64,000 nucleotides of DNA from Chiloscyllium plagiosum (GCF_004010195.1 NC_057749.1:10403409-10467408), one strand, 5' to 3'; shown: positions 1 to 13,242, counted from the first letter of the stretch. Translations and numbers: made by a program. Notes: generated by a model from the sequence alone, not told the origin.

Positions 1-231
1 GTATAGGACAGATGTTAGGGGTAGGTTCTTTACTCAGCGAGTCGTGAGTTCATGGAATGCCCTGCCAGTAGCAGTGGTGGACTCTCCCTCTTTATGGGCA
101 TTTAAGCGGGCATTGGATAGGCATATGGAGGATAGTGGGCTAGTGTAGGTTAGGTGGCCTGGATCGGCGCAACATCGAGGGCCGAAGGGCCTGTACTGCG
201 CTGTATTCTTCTATGTTCTATGTTCTATGTT
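1..231 (+). mobile_element. CR1 LINE 3' end
   Basis: ORF2 C-terminal motif (FFTQRVVSSWNALP), then 3'UTR and (ttctatg)n tail. Confidence 0.9.
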
Positions 232-741
232 CCACTGTTACAGTCTGCATTGCAGTGCCAGAGATGATGGTGGAATCTGATTCAATAATTATCTTCCATA
301 AGCAAATACTTGAAAGGGGGAAGGGTTTGTAAGTAAAAGCAAGACAGTGAAACCAATAGGACTGCTATTTTAAAGAGTTAGCATTAGCTCAATGGGCCAA
401 ATGGCTTCATTATACAGCAAATCATTCTCTGATGTTATGAAATGACCAATTACGAATCCCATTTATCAATTTTATTTATGATATTTGTGCATGTTATGAA
501 TGTGACATCCTTTAAACCCTGAATTATTTCGCCACTTGCAAAACAATGGTGGTTTTGCTAAAATGTAGAAAGCAACAGAAACTAAAGACTGAGGCCAGCT
601 GCAGACACACAATGGTCAGAAGACTCACCATTAAAACCTGGCTCTGGGATTGGACGTTTCTCCTGTGGAGAGAGGATAGAAAACATATTTGAGAACGGTC
701 TAATCCTTCCCAATTGTTACAGAATCACCATGCTGAGATTT

Positions 742-1640
742 CATAGGAACAGAAGCAGGCCATTCATCCCCTCAAGTCTGTCCCACCATTCAATGAGATC
801 ATGTCGGATCTGTGGCCTAACTCCATATCCCTTAATATCTTTGTTTAACAAAGATTGACCTCAGATTTAAAATTAATAACTGATCTAGCGACCGTTGCTG
901 TTGGTGGCAGATCCAAAGATCTCCTACCCATTGGTGTAGAAGTGCTTCCTAACATCTCTCCTGAATGGTCTGGCCCTAATTCTCAGACTATGTCCCTTAG
1001 TTCTAGAATCCCCAACCAGTGGAAATAATTTCTTTATACCTACTCTGTCTTTTCCTGTTAATATTTTGAAGGCTTCGATCAGATCACCCTTTAACCTTCT
1101 AAATTCTAGAGACGAAAGGTTTAATTTGTGTACAGCCATTTCTGATATAACCCTATAGTTTCGCTCTCATATGATCACGCATTATAAGAAAAGCGCGCAA
1201 GAGCCACGCCATTTAAACTAACGGGACCGGAATCACATTATAGCCAATACCGGTAAGGAAAGTTTGTGCTCTACAAATAATGGTCTAAATTCTTCAATTG
1301 TGTTAAAGCCAACTCGCATTGAAGAAAGGCGCGTTATAGTAGAACTGACTGTATTCTCTCCCCATAGCTTAAACCCTGAAGTCCAGGTATCATTGTCCCA
1401 GCATTTAATTCCCTCCAAGGCCAACTTAGCCGTCCTAAAGTGTGCTGCCAGATCTGTGTACAGCACTCCAAGTGTGGTCTAACCTGAGTTTTGAATAACT
1501 GAAGCAAGACTTCTACATCCTAACATTCCAAACATTGAGTTATAATGTCCAGCAATCCGTTATCCTTCTTGACAATTTTCTGCACCTGCTCATGATATTT
1601 TAAAGATCCATGTACCTCAAACCCACAAGTCACTTTGGAT
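742..1640 (-). mobile_element. CR1 LINE 3' fragment interrupted by a MITE
   Basis: ORF 924..1139 has SLEFRRLKGDLIEAFKIL...RTKGHSL; homology resumes after 1353. Confidence 0.85.
1133..1351. mobile_element. Tigger/pogo-type MITE
   Basis: Imperfect terminal inverted repeats cagccatttctgatataac / gttatagtagaactgactg, flanked by TA on both sides; splits a CR1. Confidence 0.75.
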
Positions 1641-1669
1641 AGTCACGATTACAAAAAATCTCAAAACTT

Positions 1670-1950
1670 GGTTCAGTTGGTAACAATCTTGATTCTACGG
1701 CAGAGGGTCATAGGTTCAAGCCTCACTCCAGACACTTTGCCTAGGTTGACACTCCCCATGCTGGGTCTGAGGATGTGTCAGAGGTTCCACCTCAGGCAAA
1801 TATAAAGGATCCTACACACTACTTCCATGAACAGCATGAGATGTATTTATCCCTCAACCAATATATTGTTATCTAGCCATTATCACATAGCTGTGTACAA
1901 ATACTGTGCAATATTTTCCCACATTAAGATAATGAGTACGATGTAAAATA
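1670..1950 (+). mobile_element. Old DeuSINE/SacSINE-like SINE remnant
   Basis: B-box-like ggttcaagcctcactccagacac, ctaggttgacactcc, later tatttatccctcaaccaa; similar remnants near 15520, 46890, 47650, 49750 and 58300. Confidence 0.5.
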
Positions 1951-2504
1951 CTTAGCTACACCCTAAGATTGTAGGAAATGTTAGTCTGACCTTCTGTCCC
2001 ACAATGATGCTTTATTATTGCAAAATGGAATGTATTTTTCAATTTCAGCCCCAAAAGCAAATTCAGACTGCGCCCATACCCCAAACTATTTCTAATCCGA
2101 AAAAAAAAAACTGATTGTGATTGAAGAAGAAATAGCAGCCTTTCATTAGGTACAGTAACTCATCATTCCAGCTTTGGCAGAGCCCCATGTAATGCCTCGT
2201 GTGTTATGTGTGCCACAAACATTTACATGCTCTAAGCTGGTGCTATTGGTCAAGACTATATGAATTTGGTACACAGTATGGGTACCAAACTGAGAATGTA
2301 TTTCTGGCATCCAAATATCTGTCTCTCTTGTTCTCTTGGCTCCTTGCATACTAGCCTTGATAAACTGACATCTTTACAAACTCAGCTGTCCATGTCAGTA
2401 CACACATTAAGGTCTGTTCTGCAATCACCCCTATATTCCATTACTTTAAAATGCTCATCCTTGCCTTACAATGCCTCCATGGCCTCACCCTTCCCTAACT
2501 AGTC

Positions 2505-4985
2505 ACAGAGTCAGAGAGTCATACAGCACAAAACTGACCCTATTGTCCAACTAGTCCATGCTGACCATAATCTCAAACTAAACTAATCCCACCTGCCTGC
2601 GCTTAACCCATAACTCTCCAAACAATTCTTATTCATGTATTTATCCAAATGTCTTTTAAATGTTGTAACTATACTTGCATCCACCACTTCACCACTTCCT
2701 CTGGAAGTTTATTCCACACATGAACCACTCCCTGTGTAAAAATTTTGCCCCTCATATTTTTTAAATCTTTCTCCTCTAACCTTAAAAATATATCGCCTAG
2801 TCTTGAAATACCCCATCCTGGCCATCTATACCCCTCATGATTTTATAAACCTCGATAAGGTCACCCCTCAACTCTCCTCCACTCCATTGAACAAAGTCCC
2901 AGTCTATCCAGCTTTTCCTTATAACTCAAACTCTCCATTCCCAGCAACACCCTGGTGAATCTCTTCTGAATCCTGTTCAGTTTAATAATATCTTTCTTAT
3001 AACAGGGCAATCAGAACTGGACACAGTATTCCAGAAGAGGCCTCACCAACATCCTGCATAGCCTCAACATGACGTCCCAACTCTTACACTCAAAAGTCTG
3101 AGGAATGAAAGGAAGTGTGCTAAACGCTTTCATAGGAGGAAGTGAGGTCTGCAGATGCTGGAGATCAGAGCTGAAAAATGTGTTGCTGGAAAAGCGCAGC
3201 AGGTCAGGCAAGATCAAAGGAGCAGGAGAATCGACGTTTCAGGCATAAGCCCTTCTTCAGGAATGAGGAGGGTGTGCCAAGCGGGCTGAGATAAAAGGTA
3301 GGGAGGAGGGACATGGGGGAGGGGCATTGGGAATGCGATCGGTGGAAGGAGGTTAAGGTGAGGGTGATAGGTCGGAGAGGGGGTGGGGACGGAGAGCTNN
3401 NNNNNNNNNNNNNNNNNNNNNNNNNNNNNNNNNNNNNNNNNNNNNNNNNNNNNNNNNNNNNNNNNNNNNNNNNNNNNNNNNNNNNNNNNNNNNNNNNNNN
3501 NNNNNNNNNNNNNNNNNNNNNNNNNNNNNNNNNNNNNNNNNNNNNNNNNNNNNNNNNNNNNNNNNNNNNNNNNNNNNNNNNNNNNNNNNNNNNNNNNNNN
3601 NNNNNNNNNNNNNNNNNNNNNNNNNNNNNNNNNNNNNNNNNNNNNNNNNNNNNNNNNNNNNNNNNNNNNNNNNNNNNNNNNNNNNNNNNNNNNNNNNNNN
3701 NNNNNNNNNNNNNNNNNNNNNNNNNNNNNNNNNNNNNNNNNNNNNNNNNNNNNNNNNNNNNNNNNNNNNNNNNNNNNNNNNNNNNNNNNNNNNNNNNNNN
3801 NNNNNNNNNNNNNNNNNNNNNNNNNNNNNNNNNNNNNNNNNNNNNNNNNNNNNNNNNNNNNNNNNNNNNNNNNNNNNNNNNNNNNNNNNNNNNNNNNNNN
3901 NNNNNNNNNNNNNNNNNNNNNNNNNNNNNNNNNNNNNNNNNNNNNNNNNNNNNNNNNNNNNNNNNNNNNNNNNNNNNNNNNNNNNNNNNNNNNNNNNNNN
4001 NNNNNNNNNNNNNNNNNNNNNNNNNNNNNNNNNNNNNNNNNNNNNNNNNNNNNNNNNNNNNNNNNNNNNNNNNNNNNNNNNNNNNNNNNNNNNNNNNNNN
4101 NNNNNNNNNNNNNNNNNNNNNNNNNNNNNNNNNNNNNNNNNNNNNNNNNNNNNNNNNNNNNNNNNNNNNNNNNNNNNNNNNNNNNNNNNNNNNNNNNNNN
4201 NNNNNNNNNNNNNNNNNNNNNNNNNNNNNNNNNNNNNNNNNNNNNNNNNNNNNNNNNNNNNNNNNNNNNTCAGCACCACCTTCTTGACCTGCAATCTTCT
4301 TCCCGACCTCTCCGTCCCCACCCCCTCTCCGACCTATCACCCTCACCTTAATCTCCTTCCACCTATCGCAATCCCAATGCCCCTCCCCTAAGTCCCTCCT
4401 CCCTACCTTTTATCTTAGCCTGCTTGGCACACACTCCTCATTCCAGAAGAAGGACTTATGCCCGAAACGTCGATTCTCCTGCTCCTTTGATGCTGCCTGA
4501 CCTGCTGTGCTTTTTCAGCAACACTTTTTTCAGCTCTAAACGCTTTCATAACCTACCTGCCCATATGTGATGCAAACTTCAAATAATTATGTGCCCTTAG
4601 GTCTCTCTATTCGACAACACTACCCAGGACCCTACCATTAACTTTATAAGTCCTGCCCTTGTTTTTTTAAGAAAATGCAATACCTCACATTTATCCAAAT
4701 TGAACTTCATCTGCCACTCCTTGCCCCAAGTGATCAAGATCTCTTTGTAATCTTAGATAGCCTTCTTCACTGTCTACTATACCACCAATTTTGGTGTTAT
4801 CTGCAAATTTACTAAACATGTTTTCTATATTCTCAGCAAAATCATTTATACAAATGACAAACAAAAGTGGACTCAACACCTGTGGAACACTGCTGATCAT
4901 AGGTCTTCAGTCCATAAAACAATCCTCCACCATTAGTCTCTGTCTCTTGCCATTAAACCAATTTTGTATCTAATTGGCAATCTCT
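2505..4985 (-). mobile_element. CR1 LINE (RT to 3' end) interrupted by a PLE
   Basis: VRPLLEYCVQF at about 3011-3060; SKFADNTKIGG at 4691-4900; sequence resumes after the TSD at 4536-4550. Confidence 0.9.
3135..4535. mobile_element. Fold-back Penelope-like element (centre in N gap)
   Basis: Arms are reverse complements and match the ends of the 34221-37473 element; 15-bp TSD ctaaacgctttcata at 3120-3134 and 4536-4550. Confidence 0.85.
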
Positions 4986-5209
4986 AATCTCTCTGCAATC
5001 CCCACACCAATCTGTAAACCAGCAACATAAGCACAATACATGCCACCATGAGAGTTCAGTCACCACTGATTTACCAAAATGTCTTCAGAGAGAAGCAGCT
5101 GAAAGAATTGCTTGTTATAATGCCTAACTAGCTCCTGTATGCAGTGTAATTCACCAATGTGTGATGGAAAAACTATTTGTTCTTAGACGAATTGGCTGAA
5201 TTATTAAAG

Positions 5210-5355
5210 AGAAACAAAAACTGTGGAAACTGGACATCTGAAAAATAAACAGAAATTCTGAAGAAGGGTCACTAGACTTGAAACATTAGCTCTACGTTGA
5301 CTCCACAGATGCTGCCGGATCTGCTGAGTTTTTCCAGCAATCTCTGTTTCTGTTG
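5210..5355. mobile_element. Short PLE-derived repeat, family C, with hammerhead-like core
   Basis: ctgaagaagggtcactagacttgaaacattag then cacagatgctgccggatctgctgagtttttccagc; relatives near 30150, 30615, 31500, 33370-33600, 39790-39915, 40240, 41710, 51430-51590 and 57920. Confidence 0.65.
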
Positions 5356-5539
5356 TTGTTGAATTATTAGATATTCAGGGGGAGTCGGAGCCAAATTATG
5401 CAACATAGTTAAACTCTGACACCATGACTGACAATGATCTACACCAGATTTCCTGTCACATTTTACATTGAAGTATCTGTGCATTGTGCAAGCCGGGTAG
5501 CCATTAGGTGGTATTACAGAAGTACAATTGCAAGGACAT

Positions 5540-6010
5540 GGTTGGACTGTAGAGGGTGCAGAGGAGATTCACCAGGATGTTGCATGGAATGAAAAGTCTC
5601 AGTTACAAGGATGGACTGGATAGACTGGATTTGCTTTCCTTAGAGCACAGGAGACCAAGGGGGAAGATCTGATTGAGGTATTGAAATTATGGGAGATATA
5701 GACAGGGTAGATCATGAGAGTCTTTTCCCCATGGCAAACGTGTCTAAGACTACAGGGTATAAGATTAAGGAGAACAGCAAATGGCTTAGAGGCAAACTGA
5801 GAAAGAACTCTTTCATCTAGAGGGTGGTAGAAATATGGAACGTGCTGCCTGAGGGTGGTGGGGTATAGGTAGGGTTAATGGTAGTTGTCTTTTCCCTAGG
5901 ATGGGAGATTTCATGACTAGAGGGCACATTGCTAAGGTGAGTAGAGAGAGATTTAAAAACGACATAAGGGGCAGATATTTTACACAGAGAGTGGTTTGCG
6001 TGTGGAATGG
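5540..6010 (+). mobile_element. Degenerate CR1 3' fragments
   Basis: ERVQRRFTRML-like and YFTQRVVCVWN motifs. Confidence 0.75.
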
Positions 6011-6017
6011 CACAGTT

Positions 6018-6341
6018 GGGCGGCACGGTGGCACAGTGGTTAACACTGCTGCCTCACAGTGCCAGAGACCTAGTTTCAATTCCTGCCTCAGGCAACTGTC
6101 TGTGTGGAGTTTGCACATTCTCCCTGTATCTGCGTGGGTTTCCTCCAGGTGCTCTGGTTTCTTCCCACAGTTCAAAAACGTGCAGGTTAGGTGAATTGGC
6201 CACGCTAAATTGCCCATGGTGTTAGGTGAAGGAGTAAATGTAGGGGAATGGGTCTGGGTGGGATGCTCCTCAGAGGGTTGGTGTGGGCTTGTTGGGCCGA
6301 AGGTCCTGTTTCCACACTGTAAGTAATCTAATCTAATCTAA
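6018..6341 (+). mobile_element. HE1/V-SINE-type tRNA-derived SINE
   Basis: A box (tggcacagtggt), B-box-like tagtttcaattcc, core gtgtggagtttgcacattctccc, CR1-like tail and (taatc)n. Confidence 0.9.
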
Positions 6342-7225
6342 TTCTGCAAGTATAGATTCACCCCACAATCTTATTTGTGTATGTGTGTTTGTGTGGGTGG
6401 GAGGGATGTTAATGGGTGTCTGTGAGAGGATGCGTGTGTGAATGTGAGTGTAAAGGTGTGTAAGCCTGTGAGAGGGTGCATGTGTGGGTGTGGGAGTGTA
6501 TGTGTGAGTGTATGATAGAGTGTGAGTGTGTGTGTGTAGGAATGTGTGTGTGTGTGTGTGTAGGAGACACACACACACACACATTCCTACACAGACACTC
6601 GAGACACGCACACACACTCACGCAGACCCTCTTTCATACACTCACACATATACTCCCACACTCACACACGCACCCTCTCACAGACACTCCATAAATATCC
6701 CTCCCACCCACACAAACACACATGCACACATACACAAATAAGATTGTGGGGTGAATCTGTACTTGCAGAATTACATTTGATTTTGCTCAAAAACTGCATG
6801 AGTCCATGTAAGATTCTGTAAATCCATTTTTTAGAAATAGAATCAGTCTGACCAGTGTGGCACAGTCTCACACAGGGAAGCTCACACCTTCAGTACATTA
6901 TCTGGGCCAACATGACACCTATTGTTAAAGTTCACTTGAGAATGTAACTTTTAAAAAGGTTTTGCAATTTACATATGAGAGAACTGAAACCAACATGGTC
7001 ATTCTAACAGATGAGAGACTTAACAAATAATCCAAATCTTTTTCAATATATAATTTCAGTTACATCACACTGTAAACTTTTGCTAAAAATTCTGTGTCTT
7101 AAAATCTTATACTGTACAACCACCTGACGAAAGTTAGTGCTTCCAATTAAACCTGTTGGACTATAACCTGGTGTTGTGTGATTTTTAGCTTTGTCCACCC
7201 CAGTCCAACACCAGCACCTCCAAAT
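6341..7225. mobile_element. PLE-derived repeat, family A, with inverted (GT)n/(CA)n block
   Basis: 6341-6771 is an inverted repeat; ends with cctgttggactataacctggtgttgtgtgatttt...ccagtccaacacc, shared with elements at 8147, 19017 and 40567. Confidence 0.7.
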
Positions 7226-7625
7226 CTGGATAAAATGCCAGGGCAGAGTAGGATATGGGCCTAGTGCAGGTAAACAGAATTAGTGTAGTTTGGTGTTTGT
7301 GGGCTGGCATAGACATGGTGGGCCGAAACGCCTGTTTCTCTGCTGTGTGGCTCTATGATTCTGTAATATTGCCACGTTTTGAAGTTTAGATGTGAGGGTG
7401 CAGTTTTGCTTTTGGATTTAATGCTCACAGAGGAAGGTATACCTATTACTTTACAACCTTGAGCTAATTTGCAATTTTCCTCCATTTGTAAGTTTTCAAA
7501 TAAATTGCTCTGTTGTTAAATTCATGCTCAATTCTTTGGCATTTCTTCTTGCTCCACAGGGAGGATGTGTCCCCGCCATTCACATCTGAATGTTGATGTT
7601 GTTGTAACAAGCAGTGCTCACATAT

Positions 7626-7947
7626 GGGCGGCACGGTGGCACAGTAGTTAGCGCTGCTGCCTCACAGCGCCAGAGACTCGGGTTCAATTCCCGCCTCAGG
7701 CAACTGTCTATGTGGAGTTTGTACATTCTCCCTGTGCCTGCGTTGGTTTCCTCCAGGTGCTCCAGTTTCCTCCCACGGTCCAAAAAACGTGCAGGTTAGG
7801 TGAATTGGCCGAGCTAAATTGCCCGTAGTGTTAGGTGAAGGGGTAAATGTAGGGGAATGGGTCTGGGTGGGTTGCTCTTCGGAGGGTCGGTGTGGACTTG
7901 TTAGGCCGAAGGGCCTGTTTCCACACTGTAAGTAATCTAATCTAATA
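7626..7947 (+). mobile_element. HE1/V-SINE-type SINE, full length
   Basis: gggcggcacggtggcacagtagttagc...ggttcaattccc...gtaagtaatctaatcta. Confidence 0.92.
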
Positions 7948-8146
7948 CTTGCATCCTATTCACTTCAAATGCCTCAGGCTCAGGTTACACATCATGACAC
8001 AATTCTGTTATATCTGAGCACTGTTTGCAGAACATCTCGTCAGCAAGGATTTTAAAAACACAACCTGGATTCAAACTAATGGTACACAATGTCTCCGGGA
8101 TTTTTCAATGTGGATGAGAGCCACAGTTGACACTGAGAGGTCAGAA

Positions 8147-8471
8147 TTTGGAGATGCCGGTGTTGGACTTGGGCGTGCAAAGTTAAAAATCACACAACAC
8201 CAGGTTACAGTCCAACAGGTTCAATTGGAAGCACTAGCTTTTGGAGTGTCACTACTTCATTAGGTGGTTGTTTAACAGATGAGAGACTTAACAAACAATC
8301 CAGGTCTTTTTCAATATATAATTTCAGTTACATCATACTGTAAACTTTTGCTATAAATTCTGTGTCTTACAATCTTATACTCAACAACCACCTGATGAAG
8401 GAGCGGCGCTCTGAAAGCTAGTGCTTCCAATTAAACCTGTCAGACTATAACCTGGTGTTGTGTGATTTTTA
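8147..8471. mobile_element. Fold-back PLE-derived element, family A
   Basis: Inverted termini; 15-bp TSD actgagaggtcagaa at 8132-8146 and 8472-8486; hammerhead core at about 8389-8423. Confidence 0.85.
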
Positions 8472-9226
8472 ACTGAGAGGTCAGAACTGTTGTCTGGGCA
8501 AGTGTGAGACAGTGCCCCGGTACAGACAATGTGACACAGATGTGACCACATGACCTATCCCCAGTTCTCTGCCAATTCTTGCCAGCAAGAGGCTTGGACT
8601 ATATTCCAGCGACTGGCGGTGACATCTGTTCATTGGTCACTCTGATGTAGTGGTGTTTGTTGAAGTAAGTCCAGCCATACTTTGTAACAGTGGAAACCTT
8701 AAAGCAATGGCTGTAATTGCCAGTCACGCCAGTCATACATTTCCCTTATGCTCACCAACACACTCTGTCTCCCAATCCAGACGCATTTCAATTTGAATAT
8801 TCCCATTCTTGCATTCTAGCCACTCATGCAGTGTAGAGTCATAGAGCTGCACAGCACGGAAACAGACCCTTCAGTCCAACTCGTCCATGCCGACCAAATA
8901 TCCTAACCTAATCTAGACCCATTTGCCAGCAATTGGCTCATATCCCTCTAACCCCTCCCTATTCATATACACATCCAGATGCCTTTGACCTTGGTTTCCC
9001 TTAGTCTGTAATCCTCTCCAGCACTATAAAACCATCCAAAATCTCTGCATTCTTCCAGTCGCTGACTGGCATATCCAATTTGAGTTGCTGCCAGCACTGC
9101 AGTCATGCTTTTAATCAGCTAGATCCTAAACTCTAAACTCTCTCCCTAAACCTCACTAACTCTGTCTCCTCTTTGAGACCCTGTTTGACCAAGCTTGTGG
9201 ATCATGTCTCTTCCAAATTCTGTAGG

Positions 9227-11277
9227 ACATAGAACAATACTTCACAGAACAGGCCCTTTGGCCCTTGATGTTGATCCAATCTGTGAACTAATCTAAGCCT
9301 ATCCCCCTACACTATCCCATCGTCATCCATATGTTTATCCAAGGACTATTTAAATGCCCCTAATGCGCCTGAGTTAAGTACATTGGCAGGCAGGGCATTC
9401 CACGCCCTTACCACTCTCTGAGTAAAGAACCTGCCTCTGACATCTGTCGTAAATCTATCACCCCTCAATTTGCAGTATTGCCCCCTCATACCAGCCAACA
9501 TCATCATCGTCTAAGGAAAAGACTCTCACTATCCACCCTATCTAATCCTCTGATCATCTTGTATGTCTCTAGTAAATCCCGTCGTAGCCTTCATCTCTCC
9601 AATGAGAACAGACCCAAGTCCCTCAGCCTTTCCTCATAAGACCTTCTCTCCAGACCAGGCAACATCCTGGTAAATCCCCTCTGCACCTTTTCCAATGCTT
9701 CCACATCCTTCCTCTAATGGGGCGACCAGAACTGCACACAATATTCCAAGTGAGGCCGCACTAGCATTTTGTACAGTTGCAGCATGACATCACAACTCCG
9801 GACCTCAATCCCTCTACCAATAAAACCTAAAATACCGTATGCCTTCTTAACAGCACTATCAACCTGGGTGGCAGCTTTCAGGGATCTATGTACATGGACA
9901 CCAAGATCCCCCTGCACATCCACACTACCAACAATCTTTCCATTGACCCAGTACTCTGCCTTTCTGTTATTCTTCCCAAAGTGAATTACCTCACATTTAT
10001 CTGCATTGAACTCCATTTGTCACTTTTCAGCCCAATTCTGCAGTTTATCCAAGTCCCCCTGCAACTTGCAACATTCTTCCACACTGTCCACTACTTCACT
10101 GACTTTAGTGTCATCTGCAAACTTAATAACTTATCTACCTGTGCCTACCTCCAAGTCATTTATAAAAATGACAAACAGCATTGGTCCCAAAACAGATCCT
10201 TGTGGCACACCACTAGTAACCGGACTCCAGGCTGAATATTTACCATCAACCACCACTCGCTGCCTTCTTACAGAAAGCCAATTTCTAATCCAAACTGCTA
10301 AATCACCATCAATCCCATGCTTCTGCATCCTCCCCAAAAGCCTACCATGTGGAATCTTATCAACGGTTTTACTGAAGCCCATGTACAACATGGCTGTACA
10401 AGACATTGGTTAGGCCACCGTTGGAATATTGCGTGCAATTCTGGTCTCCTTCCAATCGGAAAGATGTTGTGAAACTTGAAAGGGTTCAGAAAAGATTTAC
10501 AAGGATGTTGCCAGGGTTGGAGGATCTGAGCTACAGGGAGAGACTGAACAGGCTGGGGCTGTTTTCCCTGGAGTGTCGCAGGCTGAGGGGTGACTTTTTA
10601 GAGGTTTATAAAATTATGAGGGGCATGGATAGGATAAATAGGTAGAGTATTTTCCCTGTGGTCGGGAAGTCCAGAACTAGAGGGCATAGGTTTAGGGTGA
10701 GAGGGGAATGATATAAAAGAGACCTAAGGGACAACTTGTTCACGCAGAGGGTGGTACGTGTATGGAACGAGCTGCCAGAGGATGTGGTGGTGGCTGGTAT
10801 AATTGCAACATTTAAAAGGCATTTGGATGGGTATATGAATTAGGATGGGTTTGGAGGGATATGGGCTGGGTGCTGGTAGGTGGGACTAGATTGGGTTGGG
10901 ATGTCTGGTCGGCATGGACGGGTTGGACCGAAGGGTCTGTTTCCATGCTGTACATCTCTATGACTCTATGACTATGTCAACTGCTCTACCCTCATCTACA
11001 TGCTTGGTCACCATCTCAAAAACCTCAATGAGGTTTGTGAGATACAACCTGCCCTTGACGAAACCATATTGACTATCTCCATCAAATTGTTGCTTGCTCG
11101 ATGCTTATAAATCCTATCTCTTATAATCCGTTCCAAAACTTTTCCTACAACAGATGTAAGGCTCACTGATCTATAATTAACTGGGTCATCTCTACTGCCG
11201 TTCTTGAAAAAGGGCACAACATTTGCAATCCTCCAGTCCTCTGGTGCTGAACCTGTAGACAATGATGACTCAAAGAC
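9227..11277 (-). mobile_element. CR1 LINE ORF2 with nested opposite-strand CR1
   Basis: [27 protein letters not shown] and WRIANVVPFFK motifs; interrupted at about 10393-10975. Confidence 0.92.
10393..10975 (+). mobile_element. CR1 3' fragment nested in CR1
   Basis: [14 protein letters not shown]...RLRGDFLEVYKIM, then (ctatgact)n tail. Confidence 0.92.
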
Positions 11278-11317
11278 TTGAAAATGATTTACCATGTTAA
11301 AGATGTTAACAAAATGC

Positions 11318-11621
11318 AGATTAGATTAGATTTCCCTACAGTGTGAAAACAGGCCCTTCGGCCCAACCAGTCCACACCAACTCTCTGAAGAGTAACCCAC
11401 CCAGATCTATTTTCCTCTGACTAATGCACCTAACACTATGGGGAATTTAGCATGGTCAATTCACCTGACCGGCCCATCTTTGGGCTGTGGGAGGAAACCG
11501 GAGCAAACCCATGCAGAGAACGTGCAAACTCCACACAGACAGTCGCCTGAAGCTGGAATTTTTCCTGGGACCCTGGTAAAGTGAGGCAGCAGTGCTAACC
11601 ACTGAGCCACTCTGCCATCCC
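11318..11621 (-). mobile_element. HE1/V-SINE-type SINE
   Basis: Reverse complement of the 7626 SINE, including the (taatc)n tail. Confidence 0.88.
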
Positions 11622-11669
11622 ATGGTAGCCTTCTGCAAAGCTCTGACAGTCAATTGGTGACTTATTTTT

Positions 11670-11930
11670 ATTCACAGCATTTATTGCCCATCCCTAATTC
11701 CCCAGAGGGCAATTAAGAGTCAACCACATTGCTGTGGGTCTGGAGTCACATGTAGGCCAGACCAGGTAAGGAAGGCAGTTTGCTTCCCTAATGGACACCA
11801 GTGGATCAGATGGGTTTTTCCGACAATTGACAATGAATTCATGGTCATCATTTGAGTCTTAATTTCACATTTATTTTTAATTGAATTCAGACCCGAGTCC
11901 CCAGAACATTATCTAATTCAGCAGTAATCT
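11670..11930 (-). mobile_element. Second SINE family with a gggatgggcaataaatgc tail
   Basis: Core ctggagtcacatgtaggccagaccaggtaagg recurs at about 27715-28030 (+), 32300-32600 (-) and 57230-57575 (+). Confidence 0.65.
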
Positions 11931-13242
11931 ATCACCACGCGTTGTGGGAATCTACTTTTGAACTGGCTGCCATTCAAATTCATGGCTGTTGGGAAATGCA
12001 AATTCCCTGATGCAATAACTTGCAATGCAATCTTCCCCAAATCTTAACTCTTAATCTGAAATAATTTCTTCCTTCACTGCGTTGTTTTTTGTATGATATT
12101 CAGGTGCATTGAAACCAGCCCGAGGGGGAAATATTGCAACAAACCTCTGGAATACCTGCATGCAGCCAAGTGGGTCAACTCAACTCAAAAACACTTTAGC
12201 TTGTGTTATTTGCCTGCACTCGCCGTGGTCTGACCTCAAATTGACATGTTGGAAGTAAACCAAAGCAGTGAATTATATCTCATGGAGGTAGAATCTGTCA
12301 TCATATCTCTAATCACACTTGTTGAATGTAGCAAACATGTTTACTGCTAAAACTGTTCCTGTTAAATAAATGAGTCACTCGGAGAGATTTTAAAGATTTT
12401 TACTTCAAGTAACTGGAGGTGGAGGAATGGAACCATTCCTGTTAACGGTGGCCCTGTCTTCCCTGAGCCCCTGTCTGTATGCAAGGCAGGATATCGTGTA
12501 TAAAGGGCCCCCCTGAATCGTTTTAGCACAGTACCAAGTGGCACGTGTGTAAAACATATTTTGCACCTCTCACTTTCCCGTAGCTCTCACATTTAATGTT
12601 GTTATGGTCTTCACATTGAAGCATATTAGAAGGCTTGACAGAGTTTGCCCTCTACTTGAGATGTCCTCAATAGACACTCAACAGCATTCTGCACCAGCCA
12701 GCCAGACCCCTGTCAAACATGTGCAGTTGATGAATACCTCAGGACTGCACCAGTTAGACAGCTGGACGACACTGACAGGTGTAAACAATGTGCGTCTAGC
12801 TCCCCTACTACCCCCACCTGCCTGCATGTCCATTATCTGGGCACAATTGAATTTCTGATGCCTTGAGTAAATGCTTTTTCTTTCTTTTACTGAACAGTCA
12901 AAATAACGATGTCAATACGATTTGTGCACACTTTATAACACTGCATCTCAAACAGTGCATAATCTGGCCACCCAAGGGGAGAGCCCAGATACATAGAGTG
13001 AAAGCAAAGAAACTACTGATTACCAGCCGCAGATCTCCAGGAGAGTGAGCCACAACTGACAGGTTCTCCGGCTTCGCCATCCCCAGTCTCAGCCTAAAAC
13101 GCAGGCTGCCTTTTAAAAGATGTTAAGCTCAATAACAGTTAAAATATCTTTCCATCTCTCTGTTGTCCTTGAAGTAAAGCTGACACAAATTCCCCTGCTG
13201 CCCCCCCCACCCCGACCACTTTGTGAATCAAAGTCTACCATT

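Noticed and set aside
3204..4351. ORFs longer than 300 aa
   Set aside because: Artefacts of translating through the N gap
6018..6090. tRNA gene
   Set aside because: It is the tRNA-derived head of a SINE, continuous with the SINE core and tail; the same applies to the other copies
6333..6741. His/Thr-rich and Cys/Val-rich ORFs
   Set aside because: Translations of (CA)n/(GT)n tracts
8147..8471. Classification as a DNA-transposon MITE
   Set aside because: The 15-bp TSD, asymmetric ends and hammerhead core fit a PLE derivative better
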